From positions 5,828,001 to 5,892,000 of the forward strand of contig CM035361.1 of the NCBI GenBank assembly GCA_020137815.1: a DNA stretch of 64,000 bases, in the 5' to 3' direction. This stretch comes from Hormiphora californensis (taxonomy: Eukaryota > Animalia > Ctenophora). A program made the position numbers and the translations under genes. The notes beneath the pieces are model-generated. The model saw only the letters and a program-made list of their open reading frames with translations. It was not told the origin of the DNA and did no database searches. Numbering within the stretch: the first letter of the stretch is position 1; each line of letters opens with the position of its first letter. Below are positions 38,133-59,441 of the stretch, piece after piece.

Positions 38133-39430
38133 GCCCTCGTCAGATAGGAGTTTTTTCGCTCCTTTGTGACTCCACTTGTGTTCTCCATGAGTCGTCCTCT
38201 AGCATTCACATAATGCGGACACAAGTTGCTTGATGCTGGGTGAGATTTCGCATATCTCTTATCCTCTTTGCTACCTCCAACATCACAGTTGACACACTTC
38301 ATTCTACCAAGATCATTGCCCTTCTTCGCATTACACTGTCTGGTGTCATGGTCCCCTGAACAGAATGCACAGGTGGGACTCTTATCTTTGTTAGGACAGT
38401 AAACGGATCCTGCAACATGTCCATATCGCTGACAATGGAAGCATTGTGTCACATAGAATCTGTCCTTCACAATATGCTGTCGTAGTTTCAGGAAAATCCT
38501 GTCTCGGTTGTTGGCAATCATTGTCCGAATTTCGGGTGCAACCTTGATCACTGCATACCTCCCTGGGATATTGACATGTACAACATTGATCGCCTGCCCT
38601 GCCTGATGTAGCCTCTTAATTCCCTCATTTTTATCACTAAGGATGGCATCCATCAGCGCATCCTTGTTCAATAGATCCTGGTCAAGATCAGAAATCATCA
38701 GTCGAGGGTCTCTCTTCTTCTGTTTCTCAACTACCGGAGTGACATCCAGAAAAGGTGATAGAGCCTTCTCTGCCTCCTTCAGATCATCATCAGTCTCAAA
38801 GAACAATTGAGTGTGCTTCCTATTCACGGAAGTATCAAGAACAGGAATGTTCTTCAACGCCTTCTCCACTTTCGATCTCACCACAGTGGTCCATTTCTCC
38901 TCACACATAGGGGTCGCTCCTTCATCACTTGTGTCTTTGATATTTACATACCGTTTGACAGGGGTTGGTGGTGATGGTTTCTTAGCCAGGTGATATATAC
39001 TTCGACTGGTACCACTTCCATTCTCCTCTTGGCTAACTTTCAATATTTCACTCACTTTTGGGGCTACAAGTCCAGGGAGGCTATCAATCAGGTCTTGTTT
39101 CAGTTTCGAGAAACTATCCTTCAGGTCATCACACGAGAACGAAACTCCAGACTCAGAAGATAGGGTTGCACACCGAGATGTGTCAGGAAGCATGTTGTAG
39201 CACATAACAATCATTCTCCATAGGTGTTCTCTGGTAGGTCCATCCGGCGGGGTCATTCTTCCCTCTTCCAGGCACTTCACCACTGTACTGCCTTTACATC
39301 TGTCAGAGAAACTCGTGCCAAGTAACTCACCTTCATAATCTTTCTTCGTTCGTGTCATTCCATTTCCATACTGGGGTGCCACACCCGACATTCTATCCTG
39401 TAACAGTGACGCGAGGGACCGCTCCACCAA
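38087..39430 (-). CDS. LINE ORF1 gag-like nucleic-acid-binding protein with three CCHC knuckles (true start probably a downstream Met)
   Basis: 447-aa open frame; CFHCQRYGH..C, CAFCSGDH...C and CVNC...H...C. Confidence 0.9.
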   Translation of the reverse strand: MVERSLASLLQDRMSGVAPQYGNGMTRTKKDYEGELLGTSFSDRCKGSTVVKCLEEGRMTPPDGPTREHLWRMIVMCYNMLPDTSRCATLSSESGVSFSCDDLKDSFSKLKQDLIDSLPGLVAPKVSEILKVSQEENGSGTSRSIYHLAKKPSPPTPVKRYVNIKDTSDEGATPMCEEKWTTVVRSKVEKALKNIPVLDTSVNRKHTQLFFETDDDLKEAEKALSPFLDVTPVVEKQKKRDPRLMISDLDQDLLNKDALMDAILSDKNEGIKRLHQAGQAINVVHVNIPGRYAVIKVAPEIRTMIANNRDRIFLKLRQHIVKDRFYVTQCFHCQRYGHVAGSVYCPNKDKSPTCAFCSGDHDTRQCNAKKGNDLGRMKCVNCDVGGSKEDKRYAKSHPASSNLCPHYVNARGRLMENTSGVTKERKNSYLTRAWEDLKVKRRGGSVH

Positions 39431-40241
39431 GATTTGGCTTCCCGGATTTGACTCAACGAGGTCTCCTAAGGCTTGCTCAATGTAGAGGGAGACAGGAACA
39501 CCAGACTTGTCTTGTCTTTAGAAAAGAGATGGATTGAGCAGAGCTCTCAGAAGATTAACGAGGAGTAATTGAACGGAACCTCAAATTAATTTGTTTAAAG
39601 TAGTGTTGAAAAGTTTGAGAACAAATCGAGAGAACAAATCGAGCAGTTCGAAAAACTGTTTTTCAACTCACTTGTTTCAGGATAAGAGAACTTCTGCTCG
39701 AGATGGTATTTGAGATGTTTGTGTGGGGGGAAGGTGGTTCCAGCGGCAGGCTCACTCTCATTCCGGGTAGCAATTGAGGGTAGCTGCCGATACTTGGTGT
39801 CAATGTGCCGTGGGAAACCTGAAAATGTTGGCTTTAGTAACACATTAATTGTTATTGTGGATCTGAGGAACAGCAAAGTTACAGCTGGAACATGTTTTTA
39901 GCAGAACCCTGGTTCATGATGAATATTGAGCTTCTACTTTTAGTTATTATAGCTATTCTAGTTTAGACCCTAGTTCTGGCAGCACAAAATATGTCCTAAA
40001 GAGGTAGCAGAAAGAAACTAGCCCTGTCTCAGCTGTAGCAAAAGTAGTTAGCTACCAGCTAGCACGTTTATTTTAATGGTTTCACCGAACCATCGTGAGC
40101 CGCTGCTGCAGATAGCAAACATGAAGGTAGCCAGCTGACTATCCACTGTTTGCCTCAGCTCCACATCAGCCAGATGTAAACCAAAGAAGCAGCAGTTGGT
40201 CCTCGCGCACTAACAGCTCACAGCAGCGACCACACTGCAGC

Positions 40242-43935
<3,694 letters not shown>

Positions 43936-45594
43936 TCAATAGGGAGGTGGTCAATATAGGGAGGTTTGTTTGTTTGTTTGTTTGTCACTAAACCATGGGA
44001 TACGCTCAGCAAACCTCCATACCAACCCGGGTATGTGGTAACTATGGCGCTGAGTCCCTTTCTCTCCCCTGGGAGAGAAAGAGACTCATGGTTTAAATTT
44101 CTGGAACATTCGAGAGGATCTTGAGTACGAGATGGGTAAAGTTTGAATTTGACACCGTCTAGTGAAATAAAAAAAGGTTCCTGATGATTATTGCTGTTAT
44201 AATGCGATCTATTAATACTGCCGATCTATAGTAGCTGCTTACGAATGGCCGTCTATAATTGCGTATGCATGTCTATATGCGTCTATATCATGCGTTTTAT
44301 AGATCTTTATAATAGCGTCATGTACGTGGGTACTTTGCGTCTATAGTTGCCGATGCCACAAATGCAAAATTGCCGAACCTAGATCTTCCCCCTTTCTTCT
44401 GTCAATCTATGTTTACGAAGAACATCTACTTCTACCTTGACTTCTCTCAATACTATGTTTTTCAGTAAAGTGTTTTTTTTTCAAAATAATATTTTCTCAG
44501 AGGATATTGTAAAAGCAAATATCAATCGAACGACATTTGCGCCCTGCCCTACATTTCTTCTAATTTAGATCTAACAGTACATTTGACCCACATCTTGCTC
44601 GAACTGTCCTCTTCATTGCCTGGCGGCATCTGAAATGATCTACTGGTTCTGACTTGTATCTATATTCATCTATTATAATACACATATTCATCTCTTATGT
44701 TCCCCTTCCTCAAGTCTTTTACAATACATACTTTATCTGGAATAGGTAGATCACTGATCACACACTCTCTCTTTAAGGCCACACCGTTTTATTATTATAT
44801 AGTATCATACTATCATACTATATAGTTTCCTACTATTAGTATCATACTATGTAATGGACACATGTATGTATCATGGTCAACAACATATATCTAGGAAGTG
44901 CCTAGTTTACAGATTATATGTGTGTATCTATCGACCTATCTTTTCCTATCTTCATCTCTCCCTATCTTTCCCTACCTTCAACTCTCTCTATCCTGTCGAT
45001 CATCTCTCTCTATCCTGTCGATCATCTCTCTCTCTCCATCTTACTATCCGTATATATCCTTATCTATAATTTGTCTACCCATATTTAAACGATAGATTTC
45101 TCCATTTTGTATGTCTCCCGATATCCTCTCTCCTCCAATTCGCACTTTATATGTTTCTATTTTTATAGGTCTCCTTATACCAAATCATTTTTCTCTTTAT
45201 CTCTTTTCCTCTGAAGTTTTTCCTCTCTTTTTCCTCTGACGTTTCCCTCATTTTTCCCTCCTTTTTTCCTCTGACTTTTCTGTTTTTTTATAACTGGCAG
45301 ACAGCTCATCCCTCTCACTCCACCGCATGACTTTGTGCAACGATTTCCCGGGAATTGTTCTTTTTCGATCTTCACTTTTTTGCCAACATGTCCAATTTAA
45401 TCAATCTATATCGCCTAGTGAATATTATTTTCACAGCTATGTTAGTTTTTCATCACTAACTTGACGTGCTGACAGGATAGTGATATTTCTATATATTTTC
45501 TATAAGTATATGCCACTATATGTTATACACTACTTATATATACTCCATTTTTTGTAGTTTAGTGTCTACGGCTATTAGTCCCATTAAAAATATT

Positions 45595-45757
45595 TAGTTC
45601 GGCACCCTAAATATCATACATTTGACTTTAGTTCGGCACCCTAAATATCATACATTTGACTTTAGTTTGGCACCCTTAATATTATACATTTGACTCTAGT
45701 TCGGCACCCTAAATATCATATATTTGACTCTAGTGCGGCACCCTAAATATTATATAT
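45595..45757. repeat. 34-bp tandem repeat (~5 copies) upstream of Kv exon 1
   Basis: Unit tagttcggcaccctaaatatcatacatttgactt. Confidence 0.9.
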
Positions 45758-45887
45758 TCTAGTGAAGAGCTGCGGCAACGTCTCGCCGCTCTACAAAATG
45801 TGAATTCCCTGCATCTCACCCTCCTGAAAGATACACCCTCATCACCATCCTCGCATCTGATCCTGAGAGACATCGCTATCACCTACC

Positions 45888-50596
<4,709 letters not shown>

Positions 50597-51070
50597 TAGA
50601 GATGATTTAGATACCTTGGTATATATGTATGTGTATATCCCACGCGAGCGAGAGAGAGATGGATCATTTAACAACGAGAGAGTGATATTGTGTGTGTGAT
50701 TGTGTGTGAGAGAGAGAAGGAGTGAGAGAAGGAGTGAGAGAGAGAGAGAAGGAGAGAGAGAGAGAGAGAGAGAGAGAAATAAAAGCACATTATGTATTTA
50801 GGAAAATATGTTGTGTCATACGACCGTAGCTGCACAATCGGGGAAATTTATGAGTTTATTTTGTGTATACCTGCCTCTCGACCCCCTCTCTCATTCTCTC
50901 TCTTTCTGAGATATGGATTGGTAAGCTAGCTCCAGCTATCTTTCTTTCCTCTCTCAGATACCCAAAATCCAAATGCTGGGGAGATCTGTAAGAGCTATTC
51001 AAAAGTGGTAATTATATTGTGTGTTGTTATTTTTGAGTAACTGTATATATATAATTGGGGCAGTATTAAA

Positions 51071-51179
51071 CAGGAACCGACCGAATCAGGAAATACTGGT
51101 CCCTGATTGGCTGATAACCAGTCACGTGACCTAAATAACGAGCTCTGATTGGTTGTTTACTTGGTCCGGTCGGTTCCTG
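51071..51179 (+). mobile_element. 109-bp hAT-type MITE
   Basis: TIR caggaaccgacc / ggtcggttcctg; exact 8-bp TSD gtattaaa. Confidence 0.9.
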
Positions 51180-51282
51180 GTATTAAATATAGTACACATG
51201 TGGATCAAATACACACAGTCTAGCGTGATCGAGTTCAATTTGGTGGAAAATTTCAACTCTCGTGCTCGATTGTTGAAATTCG

Positions 51283-51316
<34 letters not shown>

Positions 51317-51679
51317 AGGGAGAGAAAGAGAGAAAGAGAGAAAGAGATCAAGAGATAGACAGCTAGATAGATGAGTATGAATATTAAGAGCTAATTAAAC
51401 AGTGATTAATGATTGATTGATTGAGATCTGAGAGATTTGGCAAGAGAACGATTAAAGAGAAGAGAGAGAGGGGAGAGAGTATGAGATAGATCGAAATTAT
51501 AAAACTTTGAGATAGGGGGAGAGTATAGAAAGAAAAGTACGGGATACATTTTCTTGGATCTCTGATCTCTCTTTCCTCCTCCACATGCAATCTCTCTCTC
51601 TCTCTCATAAAAGAGAGCACGCATGTGTGTGTGTTATACAGGGAAACAAAGAGAGAGAGAGAGGAGGGATAGATTGAAG

Positions 51680-51832
<153 letters not shown>

Positions 51833-52299
51833 GAGAGAGAGAGGGGAGAGAAATTCCGACGGGAGAGAGAGAGAGAACAGAGAGTAGAGGAGACTTTGGG
51901 TAATTAATTTAAGAAAAGGAGAGAATGGTGAGGGGATAGGGAAGGACAACAGGCAGTAAACTCAATATTAAGATGGAATGTAGCGGAGTCATGACGATTC
52001 AAAGTAAGAGTGTGAATAACTTGTAGTTAGCATAATGAATTGATTATCCTATGATTCATAGTATGACTAAAAAATTCCCGTGTTTCAACATGATCATTTG
52101 GTGTTATGTGGATCAGGGACAGGAAAATACTTCATGGGCAGTCAAAACTCAAATTAGATGCACGCATGTAGCGCGATGTCAACTGACATCTCAAGTTAAA
52201 TTCTTTGGGGACGATAAGCCCCCTGTCGACAGAATTCTCTAAAACTTTCTGGAGACACTCACTTTGAACCTACTTGAACGCAGGAAAAGGAATTTGGTT

Positions 52300-53085
52300 A
52301 CAACCTGTATTTCTATTGGGTCACCTGTGACCCAATCGTCCTCTAACACTAAAATAGGAATTGAGATTTTGCCGCTATTTTGCCCGATAACTCGAAAACC
52401 GCTCATTTTAGACCCTATGTTTGTTCATAACACTTATATAAACCCGGCCATTCTGCACAGTTTGCACACCCTGTGGGCCTCTCTATCTCATCTGTAGCCG
52501 ATTTTGCAATTTCAAAATTGGCCGAGATGAAAAATTTTCTGAAGGAGCACGGATCTCAAAATTTTTTTCATCGACTCCCTAAGATGTTGAGATAGCAATG
52601 ATGGAGTCGGTTAGTCGCTAGCACCTGTTTAAAAAATGCCGTTTTAGACTTTTATCGGGTGCCATTCCTTTAGAAATGCTCGTAAAATGCAAATTCCTGT
52701 TTCAGCGTTAGGGGACGTGATTGGGTCACATGTGACCCAGCACTTTGAAGGCCTCTGAGAGGCACAAAATTTGGAATATCACCCTGAAACTTTACCCCGG
52801 GGTAAAATACACACTTTTCTTGCATTTTCCAAGTCCATTTTAAGTATACTCGTACCAATTTTGAGATATGGCTATTAAACTACCCATTTTGCCTACCAAA
52901 TGCACTTTTTTAGCCCTGTTTTCCAAAGTCGACAACTTCAGAGGCTCAAAACGACCTCAAAATGCTAGAAAAATGTATGGTTCAACCCTGGAAACGATTT
53001 AAAACTTTCAAATATGGTCTAGAAAGACGCTATATGGGTTCAAAGTTGTGGGTCACCTGTGACCCAATCGTCTCCAAAGGGTTAA
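52300..53085. mobile_element. piggyBac-like non-autonomous element fragment
   Basis: Right end ...tctccaaaggg|ttaa. The palindromic motif gggtcac(c/a)tgtgaccc occurs at 52318, 52723 and 53050. Left end not found. Confidence 0.45.
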
Positions 53086-53250
53086 GAGTGTGAAAATGTG
53101 TCAGGTATGCATATAATGGACAATATGAGTATCCATAATGAGTACATAGTATGACTATGACCAAATACTACACTGTCCCTTGCAGAATGATCATTCCAGG
53201 AACGTTCATGGGCATACCACGAACACAAAAACGGAGGGGTCCATGGCGTA

Positions 53251-53518
53251 CGGGCCAGCACACACCTACGGCAAAATTTAAATATTAATTTTAAACTCGT
53301 ACACACCAGCTCAGCTGTTAAAAATTCTCTTCCCTATTCTAACAGTCACAATCTCGCACAGTCATTTTGACACTTTAAAAATGTCGCGTTGGATGATAAA
53401 ATGTCGCGTTGGATGACAAAATGGTGCGCGAAATTGTGAATGTGAGAAAAGGGGAGAGAATTTTTAACAGTGCTGGTGTGTCTGGGTTTAAAATTAAAAT
53501 GTAGGTGTGTGCTGACCC
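53251..53518. mobile_element. Palindromic MITE (PIF/Harbinger-like)
   Basis: gggccagcacacaccta ... taggtgtgtgctgaccc; relatives at 31100-31345 and ~54190-54295. Confidence 0.7.
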
Positions 53519-53901
53519 TACTTCCTTTTTACCAAAATGAATATCATGGATAGAAATGGATAGTGAATTCTATACTATCCATGGATATCAATTCTTAAGT
53601 GCGATGCCATCGCACTGCGATCGATGGTGAACTCAACCCCAATGACATCATCAGTCCTTATTCAACGAATGTGAAGAGTGCTTTTTGACATTTTCATGCG
53701 GCGCTAACAGTCGAAATTCCAAAAACACAGAATTCGAGTACCAAGACTAGTGTATATTGTATATACAAAATTTTAGTGTCAAAATGTTTCAAAAATACAG
53801 GCCCGACATGCTCCGGTTTTTCGGTAAAGATTCCATTGTTCGTCACTATGGTTACCATAGTTACTATGGATACCAAGTTTGTTCGTATTCCTTCTTAATT
53901 C

Positions 53902-56900
53902 TTACTCATACTTGCACGCAAAGATTCTCTTTCTCCCAATTTGCGAATCGTTCCACTCTCCGGTGTTACGGTTAACCGCCACAACTCGCTGATCTGAAAA
54001 AAAGGAGGGTTAGAACATAACAAGAAAAATGAGGGTGTTGATTTCAAAGACAGAAAACCTATTAAGATAACTGAACAATGGCAAATTTTGATTTGCCGGA
54101 GACGCCGTCTACACGGTACCCGTCTGGACAGGTGTAGACAGTGTCAGACGGGAGTTAAACGGAAGTCAGACGGGCTTGAAACGGTCTCTACCCGCCACAC
54201 CAAAATTAAAATTAAAATTGCGGCGTTAAAATTTCTCTCCCCCATTCTTAAAGTAACGATCTCGCGCGCCAGTTTGACGGCGTGTTAAAATTTTAACTTC
54301 GTATTACTGGAGTTATCGTCTTCCTTGTCCTTGTTCCAAGTGGGGTCCCATGAAAGGGTGGTGTTGTCCGCAACATTAACCCACACGTTAGTTCCCACAT
54401 CACCGTCCATAATCTCCTCAACACCAATCCAAACCTGTGGGACAGTGGAAATTAGAAGGGACAGCTAATATCTTTATGAAGGAGTTGAGTGAACTAAAAT
54501 CGATCTTCATAAAGGAGCCGCCAAACGCTATGCCAAACGCTATGCCAAACGCTATGCCAAACGCTTATGCCAAACGCTATGCCAAACGCTATGCCAAACG
54601 CTATGCCAAACGCTATGCCAAACGTTATGCCAAACGTTATGCCAAACGTTATGCCAAACGCTATGCCAAACGCTATGCCAAACGCTATGCCAAACGCTAT
54701 GCCAAACGCTATGCCAAACGCTATGCCAAACGCTATGCCAAACGCTATGCCAAAAAGTTTGTTTGATTTCATACTGCAACTACCAGATGATTAGGTAGAG
54801 TACCAGTGATTGGGTGCCCGTACTTGCAGTATACCGGACCTTGACAGTTGACACCGGGGTTAGGCTATAAGCATACTGATCGTGATGATCATAATCAGTT
54901 AAAAAGATGAAGTGTGCTCATGGTTTTGATCATCATCATCTGCAAAAAAACTGCAGTGTGCGGAACATTATGATCATCACGTAAGAGCTGGCCCTGGAGC
55001 CGTCAAACAAATGGCCGTGAAGTTTAATATCTGTCAAACCATGGCACATACATGGCCAGAATACATGTTTGTACAGGGAGTGACAAATGTTAATGCGGAA
55101 AAGACACGAAAAAAAAAAGAAAAAAAAAGGAGCAGGGGGAATTAAAAACAAAAAAAAATAATTAGTTAATTAAGTATCGGAACAAGATTTTAATATCTTC
55201 TCTGGCTGCTAATCTCACTTTCTCACTCACAGTATGTACAATACACGCCCTACTGTTCAACAGTGAAGGGGAAACATACAGCGGGCAGATCACGGATTGG
55301 TTAAATATCAATGAATGAGATCTGTTCATGATTAAAAAGGGAGGAAAATTAGAAAAATATCTGCCGAGGGCCGGGCTCGAACCGACAACAGAACTCATTC
55401 ATCGATAGCTAATTGAGTACCCAGGCAGTCGAGTCGTCTGTGCGTTTTGTTTTCTTTTTAATTGCAAATATCAATTCCTCATTTTCTTCCTCACTATTCA
55501 CCTGTTAATTAGGGGGACGATCATGGGGAGTGGGGACGAAAATGGGCATTATCATACCCTTCCACAATTGTCATTATTCTTGTCATTTTCTCAAAAATAC
55601 CAGGGTCCTTTCGACTGTACTATGATTACCATGATTACCATGGTTACCATGGTTACCATGGTTACCATTATTGCCCAGCTTATACCTACATACCGTGGCA
55701 AAGGCAAGCCCTTGATTGTTGCACCTCTTCTTAGCAGACTTCCAATGGACTTTTTTAGTAGAAACCCTGTACTTAACTGATGGGGGAGATGAAAAAAGTG
55801 AAAAGCATACAATAGCCATCCGCTCGCAAGAACCAAACGAAACAATTTGGTGTGATTGGGTTTGGTGCTTCGAAAGAATTCTTTCGAAGATATCGGTGTG
55901 ATCGCGCCCTAATGTTCATCACGATCAGTATGGCCAAACAGTATGTAGCACAAGGCACTAAATATAGTACCATGAATTTTTATATTCTGGTTATTTTGAG
56001 GGAGATGAACATTTTCATTAAATCGTAATATAAAATAGACTAGAAAATACAAAAGGTATTTCAATCACTAAATTAAATGAGCTTACCAATACACTGTGGT
56101 ACATCACTTGACCAAGATCCATCCTGCTGACATGTCAATGTTACACTTCCCTCTAGGATATGGTTGGCAGCACATTCAATAGTGACAGTTGTTCCTGTTG
56201 GTGATACATCCCAGCTTTTTTGAGTTGATCCCTTAACAGTAAATGCAGGACAATCGACTGGGTCGGGTACAATCATGCATGCAAAGATCCTCTTTTTCCA
56301 CAGCCAAGAATCGTTCCACTCTCCGGTCTTACGGTTAACCGCCACAACTCGTTGATCTGAAAAAAAGGAGGGCTAGAACATAAGTCATAACAAGAAAAAT
56401 AAGTACTGCCGAATAAGTACTGCAGGTGCGCTCTGATTGGTTGATGTGAGAGCCAATCAGGAGCCAGCAGCAGCACAGGCCAGAATGAACAAAGCCTAGA
56501 CCGCAAAGTTATCGGCAGAATTCCTAGGTAGATGGGAGTCACAGGCTTCGTACACTGGAGTCCACAGAGTAAACACACATGCTCGATCAGAGATGGGTTC
56601 AGTGAGGCACATTTACAGCACATGGCGGCCAAGTCGGGCAACGCTGGGGACCACAGGGCGTCACCGGGTGATAAATCACAGCCATGTCACGCCCGTGCTT
56701 GGAACGCAGTAGCCGCCGAGACGAGCTAACCCTCAACCCCACTGATTGGGGCATAACTCAGCCATTTCTTGGCCAAATTGCTTTTTCTTGGGTTCGTTGG
56801 AAAGAAGGCATCGAGTTTGTTTCAGCGTAAAATGCGTGTTTAAAAGTTTTAAAGTTTTTAAACGTGCATATTCCGCCAAAGTTCGGTCATTTTTGGACCG

Positions 56901-57610
56901 ATTTCCAATTTCTTGAGCTGTTTGGAACAAGCTCGATGCCCTCTTTCCAGCGAGCCCAAAAAGAAGCAGTTTGGCCAAAAAAATGGGTGAGTTATGACCT
57001 AAAACGTCAATTTTTAATTTGCAATTTTTATTGGTGTACTGCCCCTTACTGGCGTTTTCCACTTCCTTCTCCTTGGTCCAAGTAGGGGCCATGCAAGGTT
57101 AGTTTTATCTGCAGTATTAACCCACACGTTAGTTCCCACACCATGATCTACTTCGTCCATAACCTCCTGAATACCAATCCAAACCTGTGGGACAGTGCAG
57201 TAATTATAAGGGACATTATTTTCATAAAGGAGCATGGCTAGCCATTGGCTAGGCCGGGACTAGAATCCATCTTTATTTAGGAGCAGGGGGAATTCAAAAT
57301 AAAAAACAATTAGTTAATAAGTAACCAGAACGATAAAGTCGTCGGTAATGCCTCTGCAATGTTAAGTGCTTGAATCATTGATATCTCTTCTCACTATTTC
57401 ACCTGTATTCGAGAGACGCTGGGGTAGGTGGACAGAAAAGGCCGGATTACGGTTGGCCCGAAAGAACTGCCTTAATCGATCGCCAAAAGGATCAATTAAT
57501 TTGCGCATTGGCGAAATCGTACTGTCACCAAACTGAAGGCACACAGAGGCAACATGCGCGTGACACGCAGTGCCATGGGCTGGTGATGAAAACGTACTGT
57601 GAAGATGAAA
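53902..57610 (-). CDS. C-type lectin - Sushi - C-type lectin protein (first CTLD carries frameshifts; 5' end unresolved)
   Basis: Exons 57184-57050 (VWIG..., 1 nt short), 56356-56087 (GEWND..FAC + Sushi), 55776-55694 ([17 protein letters not shown]), 55501-55421 ([10 protein letters not shown]), 54434-54308 (VWIG) and 53993-53902 (GEWND..FACKYE*). Noisy homologous exons at ~57325-57402 and ~57520-57600. Confidence 0.8.
54520..54754. repeat. 12-bp intronic minisatellite (~19 copies)
   Basis: Unit gccaaacgctat. Confidence 0.95.
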
Positions 57611-57947
57611 TTTCGGGCGATAGATTCGGTCCAAAATATTTTTTTTTTTTTTTTTTTAAATTTTCCCCCCGGGGAAACCGGGGGAAAAACCCCCTTCCCC
57701 CCCTGGGAAACAAAGGGAAAAATTCATCGTTCCTGTGGCCGGTCGGGGAGAAACTTTAAAAGGCGGAAAAGGCGGTTTTTTGGGGCGGGAAGTGAAAAAA
57801 ATGGGGGGCCCCCTCCCCTTCGGGGGGGATATTGAGTGAGGCATACAAAGGAGAGGGAGAGGGCAGAGGGAGAATTAGCACGTAATTTCGTTGATTTCAA
57901 CAAGGTTTCTTCACTTCCTCTCTACGTGGCTCCCACATCACCCTTCT

Positions 57948-57986
<39 letters not shown>

Positions 57987-59392
57987 ACCTGTATTTTATG
58001 TTCCGGCAGCTCACCACAAAATGATCGTGAGTGAGTAAAGATCAGCAAATCACACAATCCCTTACCTATTGAGGGTCTGACCCTTCCTTCCTCAATTTAA
58101 CTGCACTTTCCTGTTTCTGGTACCTTCATTCACCAGGAGAATCGCTGCTCTAATCCAGGTGAAAACTTATAGGCACTGGCCCAAATTGAAGCCATCGTCA
58201 TGGTAGTTATGTTATGTGGTATTGTTTGTCCGTTTGTAAAATGAAATTGAGTTTTCAAAGTTTTGGATAAAGTTCAGTTCTCATTTTGCATAATTAACTT
58301 TTTGCATTTTATTTTGGTTCCCATTTGTCCACAGCTTCTTGTTTCGTCCGTGTATAAATTAACTAAATTTAGAGGCGGAAACATCCCAATGAATTCCTAC
58401 TAATAACCATCAAACGGACAGACGGACAGACATACACACACACACACAAACAGACTCATTTCACTATTATTTGAATGATATTAGGTGGATAAAAAATAAA
58501 TAACAGGGAAGGTACAAAATAAGGGATTTCAATTATTTGAAATTATCAATTACACTAAACCCCAAAAAGTCTTACCTCGTTAGACACAAATTGCCTTCAA
58601 AATACAGCTCCGGTAACCAAATCCAATTCAGGAAAACTAGTTGTACATGTGATGATATTATTACGGCACAATGTCTCTCTCAAATCAAGGCAAAAACTAA
58701 ACAGCACTGCAGGGAAAAACTGCAGGAAAATGTGAGAATGTAATTTGGTTTTCTGAAACATGCTGTGAGACACTATTTGGGAAAGACACATGTGTGTGAG
58801 AGCAGCAGGAGAAGTTAATAAAATAACAAACAGAGAACAAATGCACTGTAAAACTTGTCAAGATTGTATTGATGAAGACCGATAATTGGAGTACACCAAA
58901 GTTATTATACATGTGTTGATCATTATACATACATATGTGTTTGTCTGTTTGAATGCATGTGTGTATACGAATGAGCTGACAACTATCACTTACAGCTCAT
59001 GTGTAAATGAGAGTGTTTGTAAGGGAATTAAAGATACACATCAACAAACAACAACCTCTTTTTATATTTACTACACAAACTTTAAAGTATTGTTGATGGT
59101 CCTTGTCCCAGAGAGTGCTGATCTACTCACGGTTGCGAGGAGCTATTAACAATTAAAACAAGGAAGTTTTAGTTCAACAGTTTACACATGTTTCAATACA
59201 ACTTTAAAGTATCGAACTGTGCTGGAAATTTCCTGGAAAGTAGAACACTTTTCTTAGTATGTGACTTAGATGCACTAGTTGGAAAAGTGTGTGAAGTTCA
59301 GGAAAGTTGCACGTGCTGCAGTAGTTCCAAGTACGGGGGAAATTGATGATTGACGTCGGGAAATGGATGGAGGACGTGGTAATGGGTGTGGA

Positions 59393-59441
<49 letters not shown>

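Larger units (their letters stand above)
35000..39560 (-). mobile_element. Near full-length non-LTR retrotransposon (L2/CR1 group LINE)
   Basis: Intact gag-like ORF1 followed by APE endonuclease and RT motifs; both ends approximate. Confidence 0.85.

Noticed and set aside
54437-54794. MPNA/YAKR repeat ORFs
   Set aside because: Translations of the 12-bp intronic minisatellite.
55360-55390. tRNA gene (B-box GGTTCGAGCCC on the minus strand)
   Set aside because: No A box or cloverleaf; at most a SINE remnant.
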